A DNA stretch of 63,972 nucleotides, filler included, from Octopus bimaculoides (GCF_001194135.2; 6 parts of 6 records of this genome joined end to end with filler, not necessarily neighbours in it); one strand, 5' to 3'. Shown: positions 22,879 to 36,343, counted from the first letter of the whole stretch. The notes: generated from the sequence alone by a model not told the origin. Numbers and translations: made by a program.

Positions 22879-22925
<47 letters not shown>

Positions 22926-23025
22926 NNNNNNNNNNNNNNNNNNNNNNNNNNNNNNNNNNNNNNNNNNNNTTAATTAATTAANNNNNNNNNNNNNNNNNNN
23001 NNNNNNNNNNNNNNNNNNNNNNNNN
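22926..23025. other. Artificial scaffold spacer N44-TTAATTAATTAA-N44
   Basis: Identical 100-bp construct. Confidence 0.95.
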
Positions 23026-23116
<91 letters not shown>

Positions 23117-23117
<1 letters not shown>

Positions 23118-23340
23118 GGTGGTGAGCTGGCAGAATCATTAGCACACTGGATGAAATTCTTATCAGTATTTCACCCATTGCTATGTCCTGAGTTCAAATT
23201 CCGCTGAGGTTGACTTTAGCTTTCTTCCTTTCAGGTTTGATAAAATAAGTACCATTTGAGGACTGGGGTCAATGTAATTGGCTAGCCCCCTCCCCCAAAA
23301 TTTCAGGCCTTGTGCTTACAGCAGAAAGGATTATTATTAT
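23117..23340 (+). mobile_element. SINE family B
   Basis: GGTGGTGAGCTGGCAGAATCATTAGCAC head, family core and (ATT)n tail. Confidence 0.8.
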
Positions 23341-25617
23341 TATTATTATTATTAGTAGTAGTAGTAGTTGTAGTAGTATGTATGTATGTATGTAAATGAT
23401 GACATGTACACCATTACAGTTACTTATTTAAAGTTTAATTTTCAAAATAGCCCAAGGAATCAAACCTATGAATGTTTTTATAATAAACTTTTGGCGAATA
23501 TTAATGCAAAGTTTTGTCTTTATTTATTAGAATTCTTTAAAAAAAAAAATGAAGAAAAATTATTAAAGTATATTGGAATATGTTTTGAATGTTTTAATTT
23601 CAATCCTATTTCAAATGTTATACATAATATAATATATGTTATTTGGCAAGCTTTTTTGTCTTCAATAATAGATGCAGAGACTCCCAGTTAACAGAATACC
23701 AACTAGAGAGAAGAAAAAAAGCTAAAAATGTTATCTGTATAATATTAAAAGTTTACATATGAGTAATCAAATAATGAGGTTAATGAAAGTGTCATCTACA
23801 GCCTTTTGCACAGTTTAGAATTTGCACCTTTTTAATTACAGCTATTCTATCTCATGAGTTGATATTCCAAGTTTGAACTGCATGATTGAAACCAGTTGCT
23901 GCTATTTAAAATAAATATTATTAATATTCATGTTTTCATAATTGCGAATTAATAATACACAAGAAGATAGTTTCTAGTTTATATTTTCATTGTTTTGTAT
24001 TGATTTTTTTATTTACTTTGTTTTCATTACTTTTGTAGTAGATGGGAAGTTTGTATTTTTATGGAAATCACACGACTTTGCTTAGATTTGTTTTCTTTTT
24101 TTTATTATTTCATTACTAATTGAAGTAGATAATATAGGAAGAGTTATATATTAACACAAATCATCTTTCCTTTAAAGCTGTTGCTAGATGTTCATCAATT
24201 TTCTGTTGTATATTTTATTCCATTCCTTAAAATATTTCTAATTTATTTTTACTGTTTCTCGTCATTTTATTTGTGTATATTTATGTGTATGTATTGTTGG
24301 AATTAATTGATAATTAAGCACTCTTAAATATGGTTCAGAATAATTGTAGATTTTAGATTTTCAAGGATTCTTTTAGAGTTGTTGTTGCTGGTGGTGATGA
24401 TGGTGGATTTTAAGCTACTTTTTTCACTCTTGATCAAATTTTTGATTCAAAATTTACCATTCTCTATATAAGCTTCTTGAAAATATAATTTTGATTTCCT
24501 TTGATTCTATGAGAAACCTTACATTTTTACAAGCTTGAATGGCCAGTAAACTATCCAGAATTAATTGTTTATTGCATTAGAAATATCTTATTTATACTTA
24601 AATAGCACGAATATAGAATTTTGAAAATATTAAAATAAAACAGTACAGAATGAAATAAAAGGTTAATTCATATTAGCTGGGAATTTATATTGAGTTAAAA
24701 CCATATTGAGGTCAACTTTGCCCTTCTATTTTCCTCTGATGCATTCTTGATGTCAATGGAATAGTGATAGAAATCATAAGTTTTAATTAAGGTTCTATTT
24801 TGAGCTTTAGTTATGATTTAGTTTAAGGCTTGACTAAAGCAGACTTGAGGTTAAGTTGTAGAACGTACATTAACCTGTATTTTTATTTTTCACCTCATGT
24901 AGTTTAGAAATAAAAGTTCCTACTCTGAATTGAGTTTAAAACTATCTACACATCCAAGAATAAGACAGCAGAGATCAAACCAATCAGAGATCAAACAAAC
25001 CAAAATGATGTGGGGAAAAATGTAAATATTATGAATATGTAAAAGGTTGATAGTTGCAATAGAGACATTAGTCTCTCTCTATCACCTTTTAACAAAATTA
25101 TATATTAAGGAAACAGTAGAACAATTAACAACATAATAAAACAAGTTTTATTTTTGGTGATGCTTGGCTTTACAAATCCTGTGTCATTCAGCTTAGCCGC
25201 TGCTGGTTAACTCACTCCATGCCACCAATGTTATCCAAGGAAAAAGCAAAGACTAGTACAGCTTGGCACCAGTGACATTGCAGCTTATTTCTACAGGTGA
25301 ATGAACTGGAGCAACATAAAAAAAAAGTGTCTTGCTCAAGAACACAACACTAAGCCTGGTCCAGGAATCAAACTCACTACCTCAGCATACATATGCAATT
25401 ATAACATTTTTATTATCTGATAGAATGAAGGTAATTAAACAACAAAGGTACCAAGGTAGAGTCAGGGAAAGTGCACTTGTGCACTAACAATGTGTACAGA
25501 TATTCATGTACTTACTAAATACAGATTTGTCCCTCCAGTTACACAAGTATTGATCAAATACACAACATATACATAAAGTCACACAGAAGTATACACTGAC
25601 ACATATTCATGGTCCAC

Positions 25618-25882
25618 TGTAGGCTCGAGATCCAACACAGGGAAGGTTCTACGTTTGGTGAAGTATGAATAATAGCACAGATGGGCTGAGGTTCCAGATG
25701 TGTTCTTTATTGATGAGCAAAACAATTACATCATGTAAAACAAAGACTTAGAAAGTGCGTGAAGAGCTTTAAGTACTGGTTTTACTATGCATGCACACTC
25801 GAGGGGCTTCCGGGAAGGCAAGTCCCTTGCGCATGCATAGATTGTACTTCCTTAATGGCGGCCATAATTTCGCGCCACTACA
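25618..25882 (-). mobile_element. Solo-LTR-like segment (265 bp)
   Basis: TGTAG...CTACA inverted termini (TG..CA), AATAAA on the minus strand, and more CpG than its flanks. No target-site duplication is visible. Confidence 0.5.
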
Positions 25883-28272
25883 AATATCTTTCTCTAAAGT
25901 GGAAGTTAATAGTCCTGAAAATTATTATCTTAATAGATTATTCTATACTGTATAATTACTAGCATTTTGTTGATGAAATTGTTTAGATTTACTACTCACT
26001 CTCCCTTTATATTTTTCTTTGTATAGGTTGATTCAGCTTTCTATTTTGTAGCATAGACCAAATAAATATAATTTGCTGTATCTCATCCTTCATTGAAGTA
26101 AAAAAGAGAAAAATTACTTCCATTAATAGCTAGTAGTTAAGAAGTTTGCATTGTGACCACATAAACCTGAATTCAATCTCAATGCATGTGATGGAAATGT
26201 TTGTTGGGTGCAATGCGAAAATTTTCTGTGTTGACAGTGAAAGATATCTGTGATAGAAGTAAACATGTGAAAAGTTGATGGGGTCAGAAAATGATACTGA
26301 TTTCCACAGAGAGGATGACAGAGGGTTGAGCTGTGTGGTAATTTACCATATCGCTGATTCTTCCAATACTTGTAGGTATATAAGGAAATATTGAAATGAT
26401 GATAATGATGATGATGATGATGATGTTCGTAATGATAATGATGGTTGTGGCAGTAGTGATGGTAGTGGTGATGATAATGATGATAGTAGTTATAGTGGTG
26501 GTGGCAAATTTTTTGGTGATTTTGGTGGTGATGGTAGTGGTGATGGTGGGGGTGGTGATAACAATGATGATGATGATGATGATGATGATGAAGAACTACT
26601 GTTCCTGATAAAATCAACAATATTTAATTTTTAAACGTTTAACAATTAGATGTATTAAATCTCCAAGCATTGTTATTTAACACCAGATGTGATTTGATTG
26701 AGCAAAACTGTTAACAAAGACATTCAAACTGGAGCAACATAAAAAAAAGTGTCTTGCTCAAGAACACAACACTAAGCCTGGTCCAGGAATCAAACAAAAG
26801 AAGGAGTACTCAATGTATTTAGTAGGAGTTATGTATATTATTATTTAAAACAACTTGATATGTCTCCATGTAATTCAAAGTCTCATAGGCATATCTCTAG
26901 AACCTATTTGTATGAAAACATTCTGACATGCTCCATTACCAATTCTTTAGCAGTAGCAATGTAAATATTAATTTAGTGTAGCATAACTACTACTGTGTAT
27001 TGTACTGGCTCATGTACTGTGGCACAAACCTATGGATTGGGGATTTATACTATATCTATTTGGGATTTTGTCTCACCATTTATCTTAAAGATCAGGCAGA
27101 CACTACTATATGCCTTGGCTCAGTTAATGGAACCTACATCCTTCCACACCTCGGCTAGTTCTCTACTGAAGCAATTATATCCTTAGTCTGTTACCAGGTT
27201 TCTTTGTTTTTTCATGAAATGACCTTTTCAATTTAACTTGCAGGATTTCAACAGTTTTGTTTAATATGACTTCAAAACAAAATATTTTTTTTAAATAGAT
27301 AATAATTATTTAAATTATTAACAAGGTGAAAATGGTTTTAATATCTTTAAACCATGCTTTATACAAAAAGAAACAAAGAATGGAAATTCAGTTGATACAT
27401 AAAAACCCCAAATAAACAATTATTATTAGTTCAAAAATAGCTTTTCTTGGAGGTTTTTGCCTGTTCTCATTGAAATTGCTAAAAATCGCTTTATCTCTGT
27501 AAACTTAATGCAATAATTTGCATAGTTTGCATTAAAAGAAATTATTTTCCCCTTATTTCAAATTTTCATGGAAAACGAAAACACAAAAATATTGTGTGAT
27601 ATAAAATTACTGCATAGTAATATTTTAGATATAAAACCTGTGTAGATTTCATGATAAATTTTCTACTTCAATTTGTATAATCCAAATAAAAATGTAAAAC
27701 CTCTGTAAATAAATATCTTGTAATCAAGCTGAAATTGGGTTAATGTATTGTAAAAATCTAGAATCAAGATATTTTCTTGAGACCCACTTCATAAAATTAT
27801 AAATATCTTAAATAAAAACATGATTCTCATTACTGACATTAAATCTAATTTAATAATAAAATGTTTTAGATATATGCATGATTAAAACTAAGCTGCAGTA
27901 ATGTTAACCTAACTGTATATTATTAGAGGTAACATTCCTTAATATTAACATAAAAAGAAAGAATGAGTTTATGGAAATACATTCATTACATTAGGAAGCT
28001 GTATTAAATACCAACTAACGTAGATTGAATGGTTATGCAAATCCAAGATTTTGACTGAATTTCTGTCACAAGTGGCTTTTGGCATGGCTGTTTGATTAAA
28101 AAGTTTTCTTTGTAATCATGTGGCTTTTGGTTTCAATCGCAGTGTTTGGCTCCTTGGGCAAGTGTCTTCTACCATAGCCTTCAGTTGACCAATACACATG
28201 CTTAATATGTTTTGCTAAAATTGCTGTTTCTTTTTAGATATCATCAGAAAAAAGTAATTAAAATTCATTAAA

Positions 28273-29332
28273 ATGACAGATCTCTCGGACTTTCAAAGAG
28301 ATCAAATTATTGGTGCTCGTATGGCAGGTGCTAGCGTGATGAAAACAGCTGAAATGTTTGGTGTATCAAGAAGTACTGTCTCGAAAGTAATGACAGTCTT
28401 TGAGAAAGAGGGAAAAACCTCCTAGTCGAAACAAAACTCCGGAAGAAGATCAAAACTTTCAGAGAGGGACTGTCAGACTCTTACGCAAATTGTTAGAAAG
28501 GATCACAAAAGTACAGCTCCCAAAATTACTGCAGAACTTAATGATCACCTTGAGAATCCAGTTTCCACAAAAACTGTTGGATGGGAGCTGCACAAAGCTG
28601 GATTTCACGAGAGGGCTGCAATCAGGAAACCACTACTTTCAAAAACAAACATTGCAAAGCGTTTAGAGTGGAGTAAAAACCTACAGAATTGGTCCCAAGA
28701 ACAGTAGAAGGATGTTATTTTCTTGGACGAGTCATCCTTTACCTTATACCGAGTATACGTGTGGAGACAGCCAAAGGAAGCATCCGACCCAGACTGCCTT
28801 CTTCCAACTGTTAAACATGGAGGAGAATCTGTACTGATCTGGGGGCTATATCTTGGAAATCTGCCAGCCCAATGGTTTCTCTTCATGACAGAATTAATAG
28901 TCAAGACTATTTAAGCATTTTATCTGATCAAATTCATCCTATGGTTGTGGAACTGTTTCAATAGGAAAAGCAATCTTTCAGGATGATAATGCACCAATTC
29001 ACACAGCTAAAGTTGAATGGCACGAGGAACATTCTAGTGAAGTTGAACATCTTATCTAGCCACCACAGTCCCCAGATCTCAATATTATTAAACATTTATG
29101 GTGCATTTTAGAAAAACAAGTAAGGAATTGATATCCTCCATCACATTCACTACAAGAACTGAAGACTGTTTTAGGTGAAGAATGGACAAAGATTCCTTTG
29201 GAATTCAAACTTTGTATGAGTCCATACCTCATAGATTTCAAGCTGCAATTACTACCAAAGGCAGTCCTATCCCATATTAAAATAAATTTGTTTGAAATTT
29301 TAAGGTGTTTCCATTATTTTGTCCAACCCCTG
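28273..29332 (+). mobile_element. Tc1-like transposon relic (DD34E transposase with stops/frameshifts; right TIR intact)
   Basis: MTDLSDFQRDQIIGARMAG...IFLDESSF...PTVKHGGESVLIWG...FQDDNAPIHTAK...PPQSPDLNII; stop at 29278-29280; TIR ...ATTTTGTCCAACCCCTG|TA. The left TIR was not found. Confidence 0.92.
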
Positions 29333-29404
29333 TATGTTTATATGTATGTAGATGTGTGTGTGTGTGTGCATGCATACATGCATGTGTGTGTGTGTGTGTG
29401 TGTG

Positions 29405-29435
<31 letters not shown>

Positions 29436-29450
29436 CTATATCTATCTATC

Positions 29451-29482
<32 letters not shown>

Positions 29483-29579
29483 CAGGGTCTGGCAAAATGA
29501 TCTGACACATTTGTAGGTTTAATAAAAGGCAAATAAATTAAAGTTACAAAAATGTGTCAGATCATTTTGCCGGACCCTG
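29483..29579. mobile_element. 97-bp Tc1/mariner-type MITE
   Basis: 30-bp TIRs CAGGGTCTGGCAAAATGATCTGACACATTT (one mismatch), with TA on both sides. Confidence 0.85.
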
Positions 29580-30114
29580 TATAATATATAATGTGGAACA
29601 AGTGCTATGTGAAGAGCACTCATGCCAGTGCTACATAAGCAGCTCATGTGCTGGTGCCATGTAAATGTGTTGTATGAAAAGCACTCAGTACACTCTGAGA
29701 GGAGTTCGCTTTAAGAAGCCCATCGAGCTGTAAAAATCAAGCCAAATTAGATTGGAACCTGGTACAGCTCTCAGGTCAAAGCATCCAACCCATGCCAGTG
29801 TGGAAAGTAGATGTTAAAGGATGATGATGATGATTACTGTCAAGTATGAAACTTATTCATTCACATTGCTTCAAATTAATCATGTTATCTTGTGGCTTAA
29901 AACTGCAGTGATGTGTATTTTTCTTTTTAGAATAAAATTGTAGGGAGGTATAAGTGGCTGGAATCTAGCTAGTTTGAACAGAAAACAGGTAGAACATTTT
30001 GCAGCTTAAATTTTTCCTGTTGTTTCAATCTATTCTATTGTTTCCTCATTATATTCGTAAAATAAATACACTTATATTTATTTGTGTTGTTGTCTGTGTC
30101 TATTTATTTATTAG

Positions 30115-30382
30115 GTCGTTCAGTTAGAAAGTGAATTTTCTGATATTCAGTCAGAATTTGAAGTTGAACGAATTGAATATATCCAGACAATTCAGAAACA
30201 AGAAAAGCAAGTTCAGCTTTTCCAAGCAATTCTTGACCAAATACAACCCTGCTTACGTAGAGATTCCAATTATTTTAATTTGGATAAGATCAAAAATGAA
30301 GCTCATTGGGATGAAGATAATCAAAAGTGGATTCTGCCAAAAGTTGCTTTAGAGAAGACAACGATGCCTTTTGTGGAAACAG
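30115..30382 (+). CDS. KIF17: Internal coding exon of a kinesin-2 family gene, KIF17/OSM-3-like C-terminal coiled coil/tail
   Basis: Acceptor tttatttattag|, donor ACAG|gtgag, 268 nt (phase 0 to 1). Open frame VVQLESEFSDIQSEFEVERIEYIQTIQKQEKQVQLFQAILDQIQPCLRRDSNYFNLDKIKNEAHWDEDNQKWILPKVALEKTTMPFVET resembles the KIF17 region DLQSEF...IRRDCNYSNL...WDED. The symbol is assigned from remembered similarity. Confidence 0.8.
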
Positions 30383-32144
30383 GTGAGACTTTTTTTTTTG
30401 TTATTTGGTATTATAGACCATGTACATAACCATACTGTGTGGTGTAAACATAAGATTTTAAAATAAGTACATTGTATTCCTGCATGTTGTAACAGGTAGC
30501 TGAAAAGGTTGGTGCCATTCCTGGCATGGTGGTGACCAGTATAATAAATATCAATATATCATGTATATACTAGTATGTTACAAGTAATCACATAAATTGT
30601 TGTGCAGTGAGTTAAAATATTTATATCAACACCTGAGAACTTCGCAAGATTTCATGTCATACTTTCACATGAGTGAAGACCATTCTGATTGTTATAAAAA
30701 AATAGAGTTAGGAGAACATAAGTCTGACAAAAGACAAGTAGCGATGGTTAAAGTATATTTGCTTGGTGTTTTTTCCTTTTATATATGATCAAGAACATAA
30801 AAATACCATTTCAGATATGTGTCGTACTCCAGAGTGAAATAGATTTCTAATATTTATTCCCACTTAAGCATGGATGTCATTTAAGAACAAACTTTACTGT
30901 GGTAGATATCATGAGAGAAACTCTCATATTGGCTTTTATGTGAATTTCCCTCATGATATCTATGCAGTAAAGTTTGTTCTAACAGAACATCCTTCTTTAA
31001 GTGAGGACAAATATTACCTTTTAGTATTAATACTGCTTCTGTCGCTAATATATATTTTGAAATAGAGTTGTATATTGCTGTTCAGAGCTAACAAGTACGT
31101 TTGAATATACTATCATAACCATTCTGTCTAGCTTATTAGTCAAACACACACTCACCAGGTGAGCATTTACTGAAGACTATGAATCCATGAACAATTAATC
31201 TGGAAAGGCATTCCATCAGCAATAGAAGTAATAGTAGTAGTGATTCTGACTGAAGCAAAACTGGTTGGCAACAACTTCTTCAGATTTTTTTCTTTACATT
31301 CAGTCATTAAAATGAAAATACATAAAACAGATAAAAAGTCATATACAAATGTGTGTATGTATGTTACCTCCCTAACACATACTGATACACACACACACAC
31401 ACACACACACACATGTGTGTATGTTTATATGTATGTATTTATATGCATGTGTATATATATGCATATATCTGTATATGCATATATATACACGTATATGTGT
31501 ATATTCATATATATACATACAGATATATATATGCGTATATGCATATATATGTATATATGCATATATATNNNNNNNNNNTGGAAAGCGGACGTTAAACGAT
31601 GATGATGATGATGATGATGATATGTATGTATACAGATATGTATATGTCTATATGTACACACACACACCTTTGTAAGAATATAAATAAATTGGATATTTGC
31701 ACTAGTACATTACAGAAATTAACGAAAATCTGATATGGATTCTTTTGCTATTGATCAGCTTAGCAAACCATTATTAAATTTGTTATAACTACTAGAAGTT
31801 GAGTTTTATTGATATTTACAAAATATTTTATAATGAATATATTGTTGTTATCTGATAATATTGATATTTACTGAATATTTTATAATAGCAAATTACTTAT
31901 TTAATAAATAAACAACAGCAGAACCAGGTATTGGAATTGACAGCTATATGGTCAAAAAGACCATTAAGGGTATGAAGACAATGCGAGTTGCCAGACCATG
32001 TGGGACAGTCATTGAGATATTGAAAATATCCAGTGAGGTAGGACACATGCTTAGGCACTTGCATAATCAGTCAGATAGGAAGGAAGGAGGCCATTCCTAA
32101 GTGGCTGGTGTGCCAGTTTAATAACACTTAATCTTTTAATCCTT

Positions 32145-32533
32145 TTACTTGTTTTAGTCATTTGATTGGGGTCATGCTGGGGCACTACCATGAGAGGTTT
32201 TAGTTGAACAAATTGACACCAGGGTTTATTTTTTAAGCTTGATAGTTATTCTGTTGGTCTCTAGTGCAAAAACTGCTAAGTTACAGAGATGTAAGCACAC
32301 CGACACTGGTCGTGAAGCAGTCTTGGAGGACAAACACAGACTCAGGCACAGACACACACACACATACACACAACAGGTTTCTTTTAGTTTCCATCTACCA
32401 AATTGACTAACAAGTCTTTGGTCAGCCCAAAGGTGTAGTAGAAGACACTTGCCCAATGTGCCACACAGTGAGACTGAACCCAGAATCACGTGGTTGGGAA
32501 GCAAGCTATTTTACTACACAGCCAGGCCTGCAC
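32145..32533 (-). mobile_element. SINE family A, degenerate
   Basis: Reverse-complement similarity to 2247-2650. Confidence 0.75.
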
Positions 32534-33159
32534 ACTGTGTAACATAATTAATTTTTTTTTGTTTTTGGTCACTAAGTGTTATTTCCCCAAGGACAAAATT
32601 TGCTACATAGTGTAATCAGCTGCCAAAAATTTAACAGAGTTTCTCTAGACTAGAAAAAGCAACTACTGAGGGACCAAATTATTGTAGCAGATTTGAAACC
32701 AAATTGCTGGATGTTATACTGAGATTACTATCGCTTCATGTAATTGGCTGATTAACTGACCAATCAGCACCAAGCCATCATGTGATTTGACTTTCTAGAA
32801 TCTTCTAATGAATCTTATAAAAGGTGGATTTTTGGTGGTAACTTCAGAAGGCCGAGGCAGTTACTTTAACATCTTCCTTTTCATTTTTCCCATTCATCAG
32901 CCATACAATTTGAAGGTACAAAATTGCTGTCATGAATTTTAACACGATATTTCCCCAGTTGTGATGACCTTGTCACAGGTTGATATGTACCATCTATTTT
33001 GTCATAGAACCCAGAGTTTGTCTCTACCAGTGTGTTCAAATTGTTGTTTTTATTCTTCATCCAAAGACCAACACAGAAAACACTATTAGCAGTAAATAAA
33101 GCTTCTGTTAATTGTTTATGAGTGTTGTTTATCATTTTACTCACAGCCAACAAGAAAAC

Positions 33160-34525
33160 ACAACCGAGCAACATCACAAAAGCAATAGAAAAAGAGGACA
33201 ACTAATCAAGAATAAAATTAAATTAATTGAGATGCATTTCCTGTTTATACTAGGGAAAGCAACCACTGATGACTTTTTTCCTTGGAGGCAACTACAAGCA
33301 AATTTCTCAGCAAGAGAAAGCCACTATATCTAACCTTTGTTGAACTGGAGAAAACTTTTTATTGAGTACCACACTCTATAGTCTGGTTGCTGAGGAAACT
33401 AGGTATAGTTGAATGGTTTGTGAAAGTTGTACAAGCCCTGTACATAGATGATGTAAGTAAAGTGAGAGTTTGCAACAATTGAAGAATTCAGTTTGCTACT
33501 CAGTGCCCAACTGAGATCAGTTTTCAGCTTCTATCTTGTTTATTATAGTTCTCCAGGTCATAAAAGAAAAGTTTAAATCTTCTGAACTATGGGAACTTCA
33601 GAAGATGAGACTTAATTCTCATAACTGAATCTGTTGAACAATTAGAGAATAGTTTCAAGCCTCTAGAATCAAAATGTCATAAAGTAAATCTGGTAAAGAT
33701 GAATGTTTTAAAATAAAAAAAGACAAGAATCTAATGCCTTCTGGGAAGTGGCCATCCTTAGTATGCATAAATGAAGTTATGCCATACAAGGCACCTGATT
33801 TAAACTATAGGTGTACAATAATGCTGTGGAATAACAAATGGGCATATAGAAAAGAAGGACTTTGTAGGCAGCAGATGTACAAGAGTGGTTGGCATAAAAG
33901 CTAGGAATAAATTTTTTTTCAAATACTTTGAGGTCTTTTTAGAAGTATTTGATAGCTTCCAAAACCAAGGTGATGCAATTAGCTATGGCAGATGGTGTTT
34001 AAAAGCATAGTAACTACTGACAGAATGAAGAGAAAAAGTTAAGGGAGCTATTAACTGTCCTGGTTACAAAATGATTCTCTCTTTGATCCAAGGAGAAACA
34101 GTATGGTGCCTGTGTTGAGGTATGAAGGTTGGAAGGAAATGAAGTGAGCATGATCTTCTAGTAGTGTAATATTAGTGTGCATAAAATACACAATAAAATT
34201 GGCTGAGAGATTAACTGAGTATGAAGGGAACCAGATATAATATTCAAGAGTTGTGGTGGGGGTGGCGGTAGACACTGCATTTGCACAGATATGATATGTA
34301 TGGTGGGTGATATTGTGTAAAATGCTAAGTGATCTAGTTGGAAGGAACATGTAGAAGAAGGAAGCCAAGAAATATGGTTGAAGTAATGGTAAAAGCTGGT
34401 TTCAAAAGACTGACCCTTAGAAAGGAGATGACCAAAGGACTACAACAAATGATGAAATGCTGTGCCAGAGAAAACTCATCTAAGCATGTTTGCATGAAAA
34501 ATTGGATGTATGATGATGATGGTGG
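33160..34525 (+). mobile_element. RTE-clade LINE relic (RT domain to 3' tail)
   Basis: GQLIKNKIKLIEMHFLFILGKATTD..RQLQ, KPLYLTFVELEK, LRKLGIVEWFVKVVQALY, LESK..VNLVK and EGTCRRRKPR...EMTK, ending in a (GAT)n tail. Heavily degraded. Confidence 0.8.
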
Positions 34526-35151
34526 TACTGTTGCTGGCAGTAGTGATGGTGTTGGCTGTGGCAGTTATAGTGGGAGAGGTGGTGGTACGCATGTTTATAT
34601 ATCTTAGAAGTTAGGGAAATCATATGATATGTACATATCTGGGGTCCTGATATTGTTGCACTACTAAACTTCTGTCAGTGTTCAGAATCTCTTCATTCTA
34701 AAATCCTGAGAAGACCTTGTTAAGTGGGAGTCTCAACTCCTTGTATTGACTTGGCATTTATGCCTATATTCTTCAATGTTCTCCTCAGTTACTCTCTAAA
34801 GCAAGGTAGAGACTCACATTTAAGACAAACTATTCAGTGTTTCAATTCACTTGAATTGCTTATGTGTTCTATTTTTGTTTTCTTTTGTATACACTACATG
34901 ACCAGCCTGTCTGGAATGCTCATCAATTAGGAAGCTTTCAATCTCATCCAACATTTACTGGGTGAGAAGGATGTTCTTCTGAAAGTTATCACTCCTACTA
35001 CTGTGGATTTCACGCACAGGGAAGAACCGTTTTTGCCCCAACGTATCATAACACTATGTTGAACACAAGTAGACCCAGCTAGCTAATGAAGTTTCATATT
35101 TGTCCCCAATGTAATTGCATCCAAATAGAAATTAATCCTCTTCCAACTCAC

Positions 35152-35229
35152 TGGAATAATTTAAGCTTCACTTCATTTAGTTGACATTCATCTTGAGGCT
35201 CTGAAAGTTTATAAGACAGTCTATACTTC
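35152..35229 (-). CDS. Candidate 78-nt internal exon of an unidentified minus-strand gene
   Basis: Long polypyrimidine tract ttttttctttttttcag|, donor CA|gtgagt, symmetric phase 2-2, open frame KYRLSYKLSEPQDECQLNEVKLKLF. No homology recognised. Confidence 0.45.
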
Positions 35230-36085
35230 CTGAAAAAAAGAAAAAAGGTAAAAATTGGAGATAAAAAAAAATCAAACTAGAAATAGCAGAAACAAATATT
35301 TTATTGTCTTGTGGAACCAGCTGCTAATACAAGAGAATCTGAATATTTGATCATCCTTTTTTGCTGCATATTTTTCCCCAGTAATTTACTTACATTTTAA
35401 AGTTACATCTGAAGGATCTGAAGAAAAACAACTTGCATCCTAAGTCTAATAACATGTCACACATTCCTGATTACCATAAAACTCTCTTTGACTTCAAATA
35501 ATTGAAAGTAATCATAACTTAGCAGGAATTATTTTTAGATAAACATTTGAGATTAATAGCTATTTACTTCAATGTCTGAAACATCCTCACTTATATAGAT
35601 ATAGATACCAATTCATTTCAATTTTTATTTTATTTTTCTTTGCCGCAATTTTCTTTTACGAATTATTATATTGTTATGTGTAATGTTGTACTTTAAAGCA
35701 GAATTATTCTACACATTATCTATTATCTATCTTGGAGATTATTTGTAATGTGCTGAAGGGCAGGTAAGTAATTGGGATAGAAAATGAAAATATATATTGT
35801 TAATATGCCTGGAAGTCAGTAAAATAATCTAGAAACTGTTAAGATTTCTTTAGATTTAATGTTAGGGAAAACAAGCAGTCTTGTCCTCATTTATAGGAAA
35901 TTGTGTGTGTGTGTGTGTATGTGTTGAGTGAGTATGTCTGTGTGTTTTGCATGCACATGCATATACACACACACACACACGTGCATATAAATATATATGC
36001 ATGTGTGAGTGTATTTGTGCATGGCCACACATGCTTGCATGTATGTATAAATGTATGTGTGTGTATGTATATATATATATGTATA

Positions 36086-36132
<47 letters not shown>

Positions 36133-36272
36133 NNNNNNNNNNNNNNNNNNNNNNNNNNNNNNNNNNNNNNNNNNNNNNNNNNNNNNNNNNNNNNNNNNNN
36201 NNNNNNNNNNNNNNNNNNNNNNNNNNNNNNNNNNNNNNNNNNNNNNNNNNNNNNNNNNNNNNNNNNNNNNNN

Positions 36273-36343
<71 letters not shown>

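Noticed and set aside
32881-33201. 106-aa minus-strand ORF
   Set aside because: Partly antisense to the RTE relic, with no motif or convincing splice signals.
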